Assembly (NCBI GenBank): GCA_009377745.1
Contig: WHTK01000013.1
Location: forward strand, 1,212 to 65,211
Direction of reading: 5' to 3'
Source: Dehalococcoidia bacterium
GTDB lineage: Bacteria > Chloroflexota > Dehalococcoidia > DSTF01 > WHTK01
Length of the DNA stretch: 64,000 bases
The translations under genes were made by a program, and so were the position numbers. The first letter of the stretch is position 1; every line of letters starts with the position of its first letter. Below are positions 55,647-64,000 of the stretch, in pieces. The notes beneath the pieces are model-generated. The model ran no database searches. It saw only the letters and a list, made by a program, of their open reading frames with translations, and had not been told where the DNA came from.

Positions 55647-56996
55647 ATGCTAACGCAAGAGCAGAATGAGACTCTGTGTAGAGTCGGCCCCGGTACTCCA
55701 ATGGGCGACATGATGCGCCGCTTCTGGATACCAGCCGGTCTCTCTTGGGAAGTCCCGGAGCCGGACAGCCCACCGATCACGATCAAGCTACTCGGCGAAG
55801 AGCTCGTGGCCTTCCGCCAGACCGACGGGCGCGTCGGCGTGGTCGGCGCCCGCTGCGCTCACCGCCGCGCCCACCTCTTCTGGGGCCGCAACGAGGAGAA
55901 CGGCCTGCGCTGCGTCTACCACGGCTGGAAGTTCGACTGTGAAGGCGCCTGCGTCGACATGCCCTCGGAGCCTGAGGAATCGAACTTCAAAGACAAAGTG
56001 CGCATCCCGGCCTACCCGACGGTCGAGGCCGGCGGCGTGATCTGGGCCTACATGGGCCCGCCGGAGAAGAAGCCCGCGCCGCCCCTCTTCGAGTGGACCC
56101 AGGTCCCGGCCACCCACCGTGGCATCTCCAAGGTCTGGCAGCAGAGCAACTGGCTCCAGGCCCTCGAAGGTGGTATCGATAGCTCTCACACCAACTTCCT
56201 TCACGGCGGCCTGCCTCCAGGCCAGAAGCATGACGACAGCGACGTGATGGGCCGCGCCCGCAACCTCTCACTGGCCCCGGTCATTGAAGTTGTGCCGACG
56301 GACTACGGCTACATCTACGCCGGCATCCGCAGCACCGGTGAGGCCAACTACGTCCGTGGCTACCACTGGGTTATGCCCTGGTACCAGCTCCGCCCCGGCG
56401 GACGCGCTGGTTCCAGCGGCCACATGTGGGTACCCATGGATGACGAAAACACCATGGTCTACAACATGCACTACACCTTCGGCTACGCACCGGCGCCGGA
56501 GCGCAGCCTGAAGATGCAGGAGGCTGGCAACGTCCCGATCTGGAAGCGTGACGCCCTTGAGCCCGTCGGCGGCGGCAACGAGTTCAAGGAAGATGTGGAC
56601 TACGAGAACAACTTCCGCTCCAAGCGGAACATGGACAACAAATACCTCATCGACCGCGAGCTCCAGAGGAACGAAACCTTCACCGGAATCACCGGTATCA
56701 ACGTCCAGGACCGCGCTGTCCAGGAGAGCATGGGCGCTGTCGCCGACCGCACCCTCGAGCGCCTGGGCACCACCGACCGCGCCATCATCAACGCGAGGCG
56801 CACCCTCCTGAAGGCCGTCAAGACCGTCCAGGACGGTGGCGAACCGCCCGGCGTCGCGCCAACTTATTACACCCTCCGCTCCGTCGAGACCGTCCTGCCT
56901 CAGGACGTCCCGTGGTTCGAGGGCATGAAGGGCTGGCTCTTCGGCCTCGAAGAGCCCAAGACCGTCATGGAAGTGGCCAGCGGCGGCGGCATGTAG
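55647..56996 (+). CDS. Rieske non-heme-iron oxygenase alpha subunit (paralog of 31626..32900)
   Basis: CAHRRAHLFWGR...GLRCVYHGWKFD; GGAGGGG SD. Confidence 0.85.
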   Translation: MLTQEQNETLCRVGPGTPMGDMMRRFWIPAGLSWEVPEPDSPPITIKLLGEELVAFRQTDGRVGVVGARCAHRRAHLFWGRNEENGLRCVYHGWKFDCEGACVDMPSEPEESNFKDKVRIPAYPTVEAGGVIWAYMGPPEKKPAPPLFEWTQVPATHRGISKVWQQSNWLQALEGGIDSSHTNFLHGGLPPGQKHDDSDVMGRARNLSLAPVIEVVPTDYGYIYAGIRSTGEANYVRGYHWVMPWYQLRPGGRAGSSGHMWVPMDDENTMVYNMHYTFGYAPAPERSLKMQEAGNVPIWKRDALEPVGGGNEFKEDVDYENNFRSKRNMDNKYLIDRELQRNETFTGITGINVQDRAVQESMGAVADRTLERLGTTDRAIINARRTLLKAVKTVQDGGEPPGVAPTYYTLRSVETVLPQDVPWFEGMKGWLFGLEEPKTVMEVASGGGM

Positions 56997-57127
56997 TTAG
57001 CGGCTCATCAAGAGCACGAAAGGGCCCCGGAGCAATCCGGGGCCCTTTCTTTGGCCTAACCGTGGTTGCGGAGAAAACGAGAAAGGCCGGACCCACTGGG
57101 TCCGGCCTTTCAACTTCTGAGAGAGCT

Positions 57128-58972
57128 TTAGCCGTTGCGCTTTGGCATGTTCGCGTCCAGCCACCACTGCTGGCCGAGGGCGTTGGAGTTGCGCAGCCAG
57201 TCCCACTCGAAGCGCCAGGTGGTCCAGCGGCCGGCGCCTGGCAGCTGCGGGAAGTTCTCGGCGCAGTAGCGCTGAAAGTCTTTGAGAATTTCGTTGCGCT
57301 TGACAGGGTCAGGCTCGCGCCGCTGGCTTTCGATGATCCTGTCCATCTCCGGCGTCACAAATGGAGGTTCGCGCAGCGACTTGCTGTAGTAGTCGAGGCC
57401 CAGCAAGTAGTCAACGTCGTTGCCGGAGGAGCTCTGCTGGTTGCCCAGCCCCTTGACGTCTGAGTAATAGACGACGCGGTCGAAGAATTCCTGCCGGATC
57501 ATCCAGTTGACGTTGGCGTTGATCAGGTTGGACTTCCGGTAGTAGTCGACGTAGAGGTTAACGCCGTCAACTACCGACTGCGCCGGAGTCGTGCTGCCGC
57601 CGGCCGAGGCATAGAGGTCGAACTCGATGCCGTTGGGCTGGCCTGCCGCCGAGAGCAACTGCTTCGCCGCGGCCAGGTCGTAGAGGTAGTTCTCGGAAGC
57701 TTTGCCCAGCTCGCCCTTGTATGGGTCCAGGTAGAAAGACTGGTCGTAAGGCACGTGGCTGGCGTTTACAATCTCGATCTCCACGCCCTGGGCGTTGAAG
57801 CCGGTCTTGTTCGCCGTGAACTCGTTGATTGCCGTCCAGTCGACGACCTTGTGCATCGCGATGCGGATGCGAGCGTCCTTCCAGGGCGCCGTTTCCTTCT
57901 CACGCTTGCCGAACTTGAACCGGTTCACGGCCACGGGGCTGATCAGCTGGCCGACCATGATCGCCTGCGGCACGTCCCCCTTGCTCTTGAGGGCGTCCTG
58001 GCCGGTCGGCGTGAAGGTGCGGATGTTCTGGGCTACGAACTGGGCATAGCGGTTGGCGTACTCGGTGATGATCGGCTGGTGCCAGCGGTCGATGAACGGC
58101 TTGCCGCCCCAGTACTCCGGGTGCGCCTTGAACTCGCGCGTGATCGAGGGCTGGTACTTGTCCAGCATGCGGTAGCCGGTACCGATCATCTGGGTGGCAG
58201 ATAGATCCGGCCGGGCGTTTAGCTCCTTCGGGACGATCTTGACGCCGAAGTTGTAGTCTCCCATGCGCACCGGCAGCGGCGCGTAGGGATTCTTCATCTT
58301 CATCACCATATGCGTCGAGTCCGGGAACTCGACCTTGTCCAGGATGTCCTTGACCTGGGGGGCGTTGCTGCTGACCGCCAGGAACCGGTCCATCGACGTG
58401 CGCCAGTCTTCGATGTCCATGACGCGGCCGTTTACCGGCGCCACGTTATGGAATTTCACGTTAGGACGCAGCGTGAAGGTGTACTGCGTGGCGTCCGGCG
58501 TTGCCTCCCAGGAGGATGCCAAGTGGCCAAGGATGGTGGCCGCCTCCGGGGTGCCGGGAGCGACGCCGGCAAGGTAAGGTCCCGTGACGGAGAAGATACC
58601 GGATTCGCTGGGGGCCCGGCTGGGGCGCGTAAGGTACTCGTAGGAGATGTCCGTGAAGTTGTCTGCCTCCGGCGTAATCGACAGGTAGACGTCGAACGTC
58701 TCCGTGAAGTCGGAGTCCTCCGCTTGGGTCAAGACCCCTCCGGGCACCGCTTCCTTGGTCTGGTCGGCGAGCTTGTAGCTGTCCCTCTCGTAGAAGACTG
58801 CGCCGGGCTTGCGGACGTCGCCTGCCTGAAGGGTGGCGGCGCCACCACCGGCATCGTCGCCACCGCCACAAGCGAGGAGAAAGGCGCCACCAACCCCGGC
58901 AGCCGACCCCTTTAGAAAACGCCTCCTCGTTACGGAGCGGGCATAGCTGGGCAGCCAGGTAGGTGCGGTCAC
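57128..58972 (-). CDS. family-5 solute-binding lipoprotein with Tat signal, paralog
   Basis: GTG start 58972 with GGGGGAAG SD; VTAPTWLPSYARSVTRRRFLKGSAAGVGGAFLLACGGG. Confidence 0.85.
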   Translation of the reverse strand: MTAPTWLPSYARSVTRRRFLKGSAAGVGGAFLLACGGGDDAGGGAATLQAGDVRKPGAVFYERDSYKLADQTKEAVPGGVLTQAEDSDFTETFDVYLSITPEADNFTDISYEYLTRPSRAPSESGIFSVTGPYLAGVAPGTPEAATILGHLASSWEATPDATQYTFTLRPNVKFHNVAPVNGRVMDIEDWRTSMDRFLAVSSNAPQVKDILDKVEFPDSTHMVMKMKNPYAPLPVRMGDYNFGVKIVPKELNARPDLSATQMIGTGYRMLDKYQPSITREFKAHPEYWGGKPFIDRWHQPIITEYANRYAQFVAQNIRTFTPTGQDALKSKGDVPQAIMVGQLISPVAVNRFKFGKREKETAPWKDARIRIAMHKVVDWTAINEFTANKTGFNAQGVEIEIVNASHVPYDQSFYLDPYKGELGKASENYLYDLAAAKQLLSAAGQPNGIEFDLYASAGGSTTPAQSVVDGVNLYVDYYRKSNLINANVNWMIRQEFFDRVVYYSDVKGLGNQQSSSGNDVDYLLGLDYYSKSLREPPFVTPEMDRIIESQRREPDPVKRNEILKDFQRYCAENFPQLPGAGRWTTWRFEWDWLRNSNALGQQWWLDANMPKRNG

Positions 58973-59345
58973 TTTTCTTCCCCCTTGACCGGAGAAGCTG
59001 CATACGGCAACCCGCCGATGTCCTCTCTCCGATCCGGCCTAAGAATGGTTTCGAACAGGTGAAAAGTCAATAGCATTAGGTTTCCCAAACTATGATTTCG
59101 ATATATGCAGGTCATCGGTTTGCCAAATCCTCGGCTTCGTGCCCGCCTGAGCGATGTCGCTATCATGTGCCCTGGTCGCTGAGACCGGGACCCTTGAGGA
59201 GCCCGGTCTTGCGCTGGTCGGAAAGGTCCCGCGGTTACCTGTGGTAGGCCGGCGCCTGCTGAACCTGATATCGAGCCATGATGTTCCTCTTCTGTCTGCT
59301 AAACGTGCTTGCCAATAAGTTTGCAGTGATGGCGCTCGCTGTGAG

Positions 59346-60371
59346 TTAGGGCTTCGCCTCGAAGATGCGGTTGGTCGACGTCTCAGTGGCGCGACGGAAG
59401 AATCCGTAGCCCGCGTCCGAAAACACCGCGCCCAGCTCCGTATCCGTCGCGATGGTTCTCAGAGCCTTGCCGCCCTCGGCGATGGCGTGCGGCGTGCACA
59501 CTAGCACCGACGCGGCCGAGAATATCCGCCCTATCGGGTTGAGGTTGTCCTCGACCTTGTCACCCGCCATCGGTTCCACCAAGCATCGCCGTGCCGTCGG
59601 CCTTCAGCGCCTCGCGAACGCGCCGCGCCGGTGGGGTCACCCATGTCGTGCAGGCAGTCGAAGAACGCCACGAGGTCGTACTCGCTACCAGGGAAGTCCT
59701 GCGCCGTCGCAACCTCGAATGTGACGCGGTCCGCCACGCCGGCCTCTTGAGCCGCCCTGCGCGCCGCCTCTATCGAACCGGGGTGGTTGTCGAAGCCGAA
59801 GAAGCGTGACTTCGGATACGCCTTGGCCATGATGATCGTCGAGGCGCCGAAGCCGCAGCCGATGTCGGCCACGGTGCCGCCCCGCTCCAGCTTCTCCTGC
59901 ACCCCGTTGAGGCTGGGTATCCAGCTCTCACCAGGTTGCCCAAGTAGCCGGGCTTGAAGAAGCGCGCCGTGCCCGTGAACAAGCCTTCGTCGTGCTCACC
60001 CCAGTGCATGCCGCCGCCGGTGCGGATCGCCTGAGCAATACGCGACTCGTCCTTGACGATAGACGTGATCAGCGTGAAGCCGCCCGCCATCGCATAAGGC
60101 GATTCCTCGTCCGTGAACACCATCGCCTGCTCCGGCGATAGGGCGTAACGCTCCGTCGCCGCGTCGTAATCGATGTAGCCCGCTGAAGCCTGATTCAGCA
60201 GCCAGTGGCGCAGGTAGCGCTCGCTGTTACCGGTCTTCACCGCCAGCTCCGCCGGTGTGCTCGGCCCCGTATCTCGCCGCGACCCGCCCCATCAGCTCCC
60301 TCGATGGCGCTGATAGCAGCCGCTCGACCGATGAGCACCGGACAGACGATGGGCTGGTTCAAGGTCGCCAT
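59346..60371 (-). pseudogene. class I SAM-dependent methyltransferase with three frameshifts
   Basis: Four ORF pieces in different frames (MATLNQPIVCPV...; ...RYLRHWLLNQASAGYIDYD...; ...VADIGCGFGASTIIMAKAYP...DLVAFFDCLHDM...; ...MLVEPMAGDKVEDNLNPIGRIF...) join into one MTase; AGGAG SD before ATG 60371. Confidence 0.55.
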
Positions 60372-60645
60372 TGCATCACTCCTGCCTTATGGTTATGGTG
60401 AACCATCGACGCCGGCCTGCCAATTACCAGGCCGGGCCACCAAAGTTCTATATAAAACGTCAATGCTCTAAATATAAAAGCACTATGCATGGCTTATGCT
60501 GTATCTATTGAACGAGCATCGCTTTTGAAGTTGCGGGTCTGCCAAACTCAAGCTGCGACATCCCTTCACTTCCCAGGCTGGCATCGTTTGTGCCCAACCA
60601 GGCCTCTTGGCCGGTGGGCCCTAGCCATCCATCGAGGAGGATGCA

Positions 60646-60900
60646 GTGGCCATTGAGGTTAAACAACGCAAGAACCTTACTTCTGACCTGATTCGCGACC
60701 TCAAGCAGCAGTTTGCGGGTATCGGGCGCAAAGACCTCAGCGCCTACACCTTCGAACGGCACAGTACCCATTACCCTGACGCGAGGGCCGACATCTCGAT
60801 CTTCGACGCCGAGGGCGATCTGGTCATCGTCGGCCGCGAGTACTCGGGCGGGCGCGCCATGCTCTGGTTCGCGACAACCGCTCTCGTCGACAAGCGCTAA
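60646..60900 (+). CDS. small hypothetical protein (84 aa)
   Basis: GTG start with GAGGAGG SD at 60634-60640. Confidence 0.4.
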   Translation: MAIEVKQRKNLTSDLIRDLKQQFAGIGRKDLSAYTFERHSTHYPDARADISIFDAEGDLVIVGREYSGGRAMLWFATTALVDKR

Positions 60901-60907
60901 CCTCGCT

Positions 60908-61209
60908 CTACTTCAGGTAGGCGTCGAAGAACGCGATTAGCCTCGCCCGGTACTCGCCCGGCGCCGCGTAGATGCCACGCGCGTGCCCGCGTCCGGGATC
61001 AACCACCATTCCTTCGGCGCACCCGCCGCCGCGAATACTGCCGCGCCGTCGTCAATGCTGATCGTCTTGTCCGCCGGGTCTACCTTGCTCACCAGCAGCG
61101 CCGCCCCGTAGACGAACGGCGCCGGCAATAGCACCACGACCAGCGCCGGTGGCAACGACCTCGCGGCCGGCAGCATCGTCAGCGCCAGCAGCGCTATCGC
61201 CGCGAACAC
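60908..61209 (-). pseudogene. possible frameshifted remnant ending in an alpha/beta-hydrolase-like C-terminus (...KEWWLIPDAG[H]ARGIYAAPGEYRARLIAFFDAYLK)
   Basis: Two frames are needed to read the C-terminal segment; upstream part is hydrophobic; very tentative. Confidence 0.25.
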
Positions 61210-61331
61210 CAGTAGCCCACCGCCGCCATACCGGCCCTCAGCGCCTTCCTATCCTGAACACGGCCTCATTATGGCTTTGCGGCCGAAGGGTTAACCCCAT
61301 CCTCGCGTATCATTCCCTCAGGAGGTGGCCC

Positions 61332-62456
61332 ATGCCCGACTTTCGCGCCGACCACGTAGGCAGCCTGCTGCGACCACCCGAGCTCCTCGAAGCTCATCGC
61401 GCCTTCGAGCAAGGTCAGCTCACAGCCGAGGCCCTCGCTCAGGTCGAAGACCAGGCGATCGACGCCGCCTTCGATCTCCAGAAGCAAGCAGGCCTGCCGA
61501 TTTTCAGCGACGGCGAGTACCGCCGCTCGACCTGGGCCGGCGACTTCGCCGACGCCGTCGATGGCTATATATCGGGCGAGCCTCCTGTAGTCCTCCATTG
61601 GCGCGGCATCACCGGCGTCCCCCGTGGTGAAGCCCCGACAACCACCGGCGGCCGCATCATCGGCGAACGCCTGCGTCAGGCCCGCCGCCTCACCGCCCAC
61701 GAGTCCGCCTACCTCAAGGACCACGCCCCCGGCCCCTACAAGGTGACGATGCCTTCGCCTTCTTACGTGGTGGCCCGCGGCTACAAGCCCGGCGTCACCG
61801 ATAAGGTCTACAACAGCCGCGCCGAGCTTCTGGGCCAGGTAAGCGCCATCCTCCAGGCAGAGGCTAGAGCCCTGGTCGAGGAGGGTGTCCGCTACATCCA
61901 GATCGACAACCCCCACTATCCCGACTACATCGACCCCCTTCGCCGTCAGCAATGGACGGACATGGGCGTCGACCCCGACACCGCCCTTGATGAGGACATC
62001 GTTGCCGACAACGCCGTCCTTACCGGTTTCGACCGCTCCGGCGTCATCCTGGCGATGCACATCTGCCGCGGCAACGGTGGTCAGGCCGGCTGGCACACCG
62101 AAGGCAGCTACGAACAGATCGCCGAGCGCGTCTTTGGCTCCGTCAACGTCGACCGCTGGTTGCTCGAATACGATTCCGACCGCGCCGGCGGCTTCGAGCC
62201 CCTGCGCTTTATGCCGAAGGGCAAGACCGTCGTCCTCGGCCTCGTCACCACCAAGGCGGGCGCACTGGAGAACCAGGACGACATCCTCAAGCGCATCGAT
62301 GAGGCCTCCCGCTACGTCGCCGCTGAGGACCTCGCCCTCAGCCCGCAGTGCGGCTTCGCCTCGGTCATGGCCGGCAACCCGCTCTCGCCGGAAGAGCAGC
62401 GCCGCAAGCTCGCCCTCGTCGTAGATACCGCTACAAAGGTCTGGGGCTCGGTCTAG
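61332..62456 (+). CDS. cobalamin-independent methionine synthase (MetE) C-terminal-domain-like protein
   Basis: 374 aa; MetE C-domain style with ...ILAMHICRGN...; AGGAGG SD 6 nt before ATG 61332. Confidence 0.75.
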   Translation: MPDFRADHVGSLLRPPELLEAHRAFEQGQLTAEALAQVEDQAIDAAFDLQKQAGLPIFSDGEYRRSTWAGDFADAVDGYISGEPPVVLHWRGITGVPRGEAPTTTGGRIIGERLRQARRLTAHESAYLKDHAPGPYKVTMPSPSYVVARGYKPGVTDKVYNSRAELLGQVSAILQAEARALVEEGVRYIQIDNPHYPDYIDPLRRQQWTDMGVDPDTALDEDIVADNAVLTGFDRSGVILAMHICRGNGGQAGWHTEGSYEQIAERVFGSVNVDRWLLEYDSDRAGGFEPLRFMPKGKTVVLGLVTTKAGALENQDDILKRIDEASRYVAAEDLALSPQCGFASVMAGNPLSPEEQRRKLALVVDTATKVWGSV

Positions 62457-62558
62457 ACTCGTGCCGCCGCTGCTCTTCATCGCGGCGGCAGCCATCATCG
62501 GCGTCTCATCATCGACGACTTCCATCAGGCCACTAAGCCGTAGCACAATCGGCGCTAC

Positions 62559-63293
62559 TTACTGCTTCATATACTCGAAGAAGGTAATGAGATTGCCGTG
62601 CCCATCTAGGATGGCAAACTCGCGCGCTCCCCAGGGCTTGTCTTCCAGCGATCCATTGGGATGGATGACATCCGCCTCCACACATTCATGATAGAGTCCA
62701 TCAACGCCTTGCACCTGTACCCGGCATGATGTGACCTTCGGTATCTCGTCGTCGTCGCATAGCCAGAAGTTAATCGTCACGTCGTCGCGGGAGAGTATGG
62801 CGTAGTCTTCCGACTCAAAGACGGCCTTGAACCCCAGACGCTCCCTGTAAAAACTCACAGTCTCATCCATGTTCGTCGAGGCCAGGATCGGTACTGCGCG
62901 GGATAGCCTTACCGCTTTCTCTTCCGTCGGCTCATTCGCTTGCATCGCTACCTCCCTGGGCCCTTCTTCGGATTCCTCAAGTAACTTTCTCACGGCGGCA
63001 AGGTGTGCCCTCCGGCTCTCGATTATCTCTTCGAGCCCTTGCTCCCATTGGTCTACGCGTTCGATGCTGGGGTTTACGAGGAAGGAGCCAATCTCATTCA
63101 AAGGGATTCCGCAGCGTCGCAAGAGGGCGATCAGCTTTGCGTGAGGCAGTTGGTCCGGATGATAGCGGCGATAGCCCGTCCAACCGTCGACGTCTGCCGG
63201 TTGTAGAAGGCCCAGGTCGCCGTAGAGCCGGATGGCCTTCGGCGAAAGCCCCGACAGCTGCGCGAACTGACCAATCGATATGAGGCGTTCCAT
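62559..63293 (-). CDS. MerR-family HTH fused to a glyoxalase/bleomycin-resistance (VOC) domain
   Basis: MERLISIGQFAQLSGLSPKAIRLYGDLGLL (MerR HTH); C-terminal VOC-like ...LGFKAVFESEDYAILSRDDVTINFW... Confidence 0.7.
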   Translation of the reverse strand: MERLISIGQFAQLSGLSPKAIRLYGDLGLLQPADVDGWTGYRRYHPDQLPHAKLIALLRRCGIPLNEIGSFLVNPSIERVDQWEQGLEEIIESRRAHLAAVRKLLEESEEGPREVAMQANEPTEEKAVRLSRAVPILASTNMDETVSFYRERLGFKAVFESEDYAILSRDDVTINFWLCDDDEIPKVTSCRVQVQGVDGLYHECVEADVIHPNGSLEDKPWGAREFAILDGHGNLITFFEYMKQ

Positions 63294-63390
63294 TGCGAAA
63301 ACCAGTGTGAAGTCTGACCCATAGGCAGAGTCAACAGGCCGCACGAGTCCCGTTTTGATCGGGCTCAGGGATGATAATTGCCCCAGAAAT

Positions 63391-63426
63391 CCCTCTCCCT
63401 CGAGGGAGAGGGTAGGGTGAGGGTGT
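63391..63426. repeat. hairpin + G-rich repeat, copy 2 (CCCTCTCCCTCGAGGGAGAGGGTAGGGTGAGGGTGT)
   Basis: Matches 41789..41825 except one base. Confidence 0.75.
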
Positions 63427-63550
63427 CACGCTTCCAATTTCGATAGAGCTCAGTCCTGTCCGCAAACCCTGCGGCACTCTTGTTACCTGTTGCTTGTTGC
63501 TCACACCCAGGGGGAGGGTAATTCGCCCCGCGCCGCGCTAGCATAGCCGC

Positions 63551-64000
63551 GTGACCGAAACAGCGCGCCGCGGCCGCCCGCCGCACCCCGACATCCTGAC
63601 CCCCGCCGAGTGGCGCATCGTCGATGCCGTCCGTCACGGCATGACCGACCGCGAGATCGCCCGCCGCCGCCGCATCAGCCTCGATGCCGTCAAGTTTCAC
63701 GTCGCCAACGCTCGCGACAAGCTCGGCCTGCCCAGCCGCCTCGCCCTGCGTCACTGGCCCGGAATCCCCGCCGATAGCGCCCTTCGTAGTAGCCAGCAAG
63801 GAGCCACCATGCCAGACCTTCAGATCGGCCTTATCGGTCAAATCTCTCGTCAAGTAAGTGACATAACGAAGGCAGTGGAGTGGTACCGCGACGTGCTTGG
63901 CCTGCCGCACCTTTATACCTACGGCACCCTGGCCTTCTTCGATTGCGGCGGCACCCGCCTCTTCCTCGGCGAGCCGGAGCAGGGCGGCGCTCCCGTCGGC
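63551..64000 (+). CDS. LuxR-type HTH fused to a VOC/glyoxalase domain (3' partial, runs off window)
   Basis: GTG 63551; LTPAEWRIVDAVRHGMTDREIARRRRISLDAVKFHVANARDKLGL (LuxR HTH) then MPDLQIGLIGQISRQVSDITKAVEWYRDVLGLPHLY (VOC). Missed by the ORF track because no stop lies inside the window; preferred over the opposite-strand ORF 63365..63910. Confidence 0.5.
   Translation, partial: MTETARRGRPPHPDILTPAEWRIVDAVRHGMTDREIARRRRISLDAVKFHVANARDKLGLPSRLALRHWPGIPADSALRSSQQGATMPDLQIGLIGQISRQVSDITKAVEWYRDVLGLPHLYTYGTLAFFDCGGTRLFLGEPEQGGAPVG

Noticed and set aside
61210-61331. Possible riboswitch (B12 or SAM) ahead of the MetE-C-domain gene
   Set aside because: Leader is only ~120 nt, partly overlaps the hydrolase remnant, and shows none of the conserved cores I can recognise by eye.
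63365-63910. 181-aa minus-strand ORF at the window end
   Set aside because: The plus strand over the same region reads as LuxR-HTH + VOC domain with a sensible GTG start; the minus ORF also runs through the hairpin repeat.
1-64000. Searched for tRNA, rRNA, CRISPR arrays, IS/transposase/integrase genes and prophage structural genes
   Set aside because: No tRNA-like T-arm/acceptor patterns, no spacer-repeat arrays, no DDE/tyrosine recombinase-like ORFs seen; the only mobile-type signature is the small GIY-YIG gene.
1-64000. Explaining all ~10 frameshifts as uniform sequencing error
   Set aside because: Not excluded, but long genes (nrdA, six ~1.8-kb SBPs, ligase, Rieske) are intact while 7 indels fall in two accessory genes. 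That distribution argues for at least some genuine pseudogenes; flagged individually instead.

Overview
High-GC window, roughly 65-68% by eye, densely coding on both strands, apparently from a monoderm high-GC bacterium. The taxon guess rests on Tat/lipobox lipoprotein solute-binding proteins, a DprE1/DprE2-like pair and usable SD sequences, so it is inference only. No rRNA, tRNA, CRISPR array, transposase or integrase was recognised. Main content: (1) two large secreted surface proteins (Cys-repeat beta-propeller-like; 4x Calx-beta) divergent from a membrane-anchored XRE-HTH/TolB-propeller one-component regulator; (2) a multiply frameshifted STAND NTPase (DUF4062-NB-ARC-TPR) beside an ~850-bp lower-GC non-coding island; (3) an aromatic-compound catabolic island built from repeated modules: six paralogous family-5 lipoprotein SBPs with no ABC permease or ATPase anywhere in the 64 kb, two phthalate/KshA-family Rieske oxygenase alpha subunits, bicupins including a gentisate-1,2-dioxygenase-like enzyme, SDRs, a Zn-ADH, Gfo/Idh/MocA, an amidohydrolase-2 decarboxylase, and a beta-ketoadipate-like lower pathway (CMD family, alpha/beta hydrolase, acyl-CoA ligase translationally coupled to a PcaF-like thiolase); (4) class Ia ribonucleotide reductase nrdA-nrdB on the minus strand preceded by a clearly recognisable cobalamin riboswitch, with a free-standing GIY-YIG gene just downstream; (5) a DprE1-like FAD oxidase / DprE2-like SDR / deoxyhypusine-synthase-like triad, a Csp3-like Cys-rich protein, a TerC membrane protein, an OmpR/HK pair, a MetE-C-terminal-domain protein and two HTH-VOC fusion regulators; (6) several short interspersed intergenic repeat families not explained by any gene (tandem octamers KGGCAWAC with C-rich tracts; a 47-nt imperfect palindrome in 3 copies; a hairpin+G-rich element in 2 copies). 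About 10 single-base frameshifts are concentrated in a few genes (STAND, SAM-methyltransferase, one SDR, one SBP signal peptide, a histidine-kinase remnant). This clustering fits pseudogenisation better than random indel error, but errors cannot be excluded from sequence alone.
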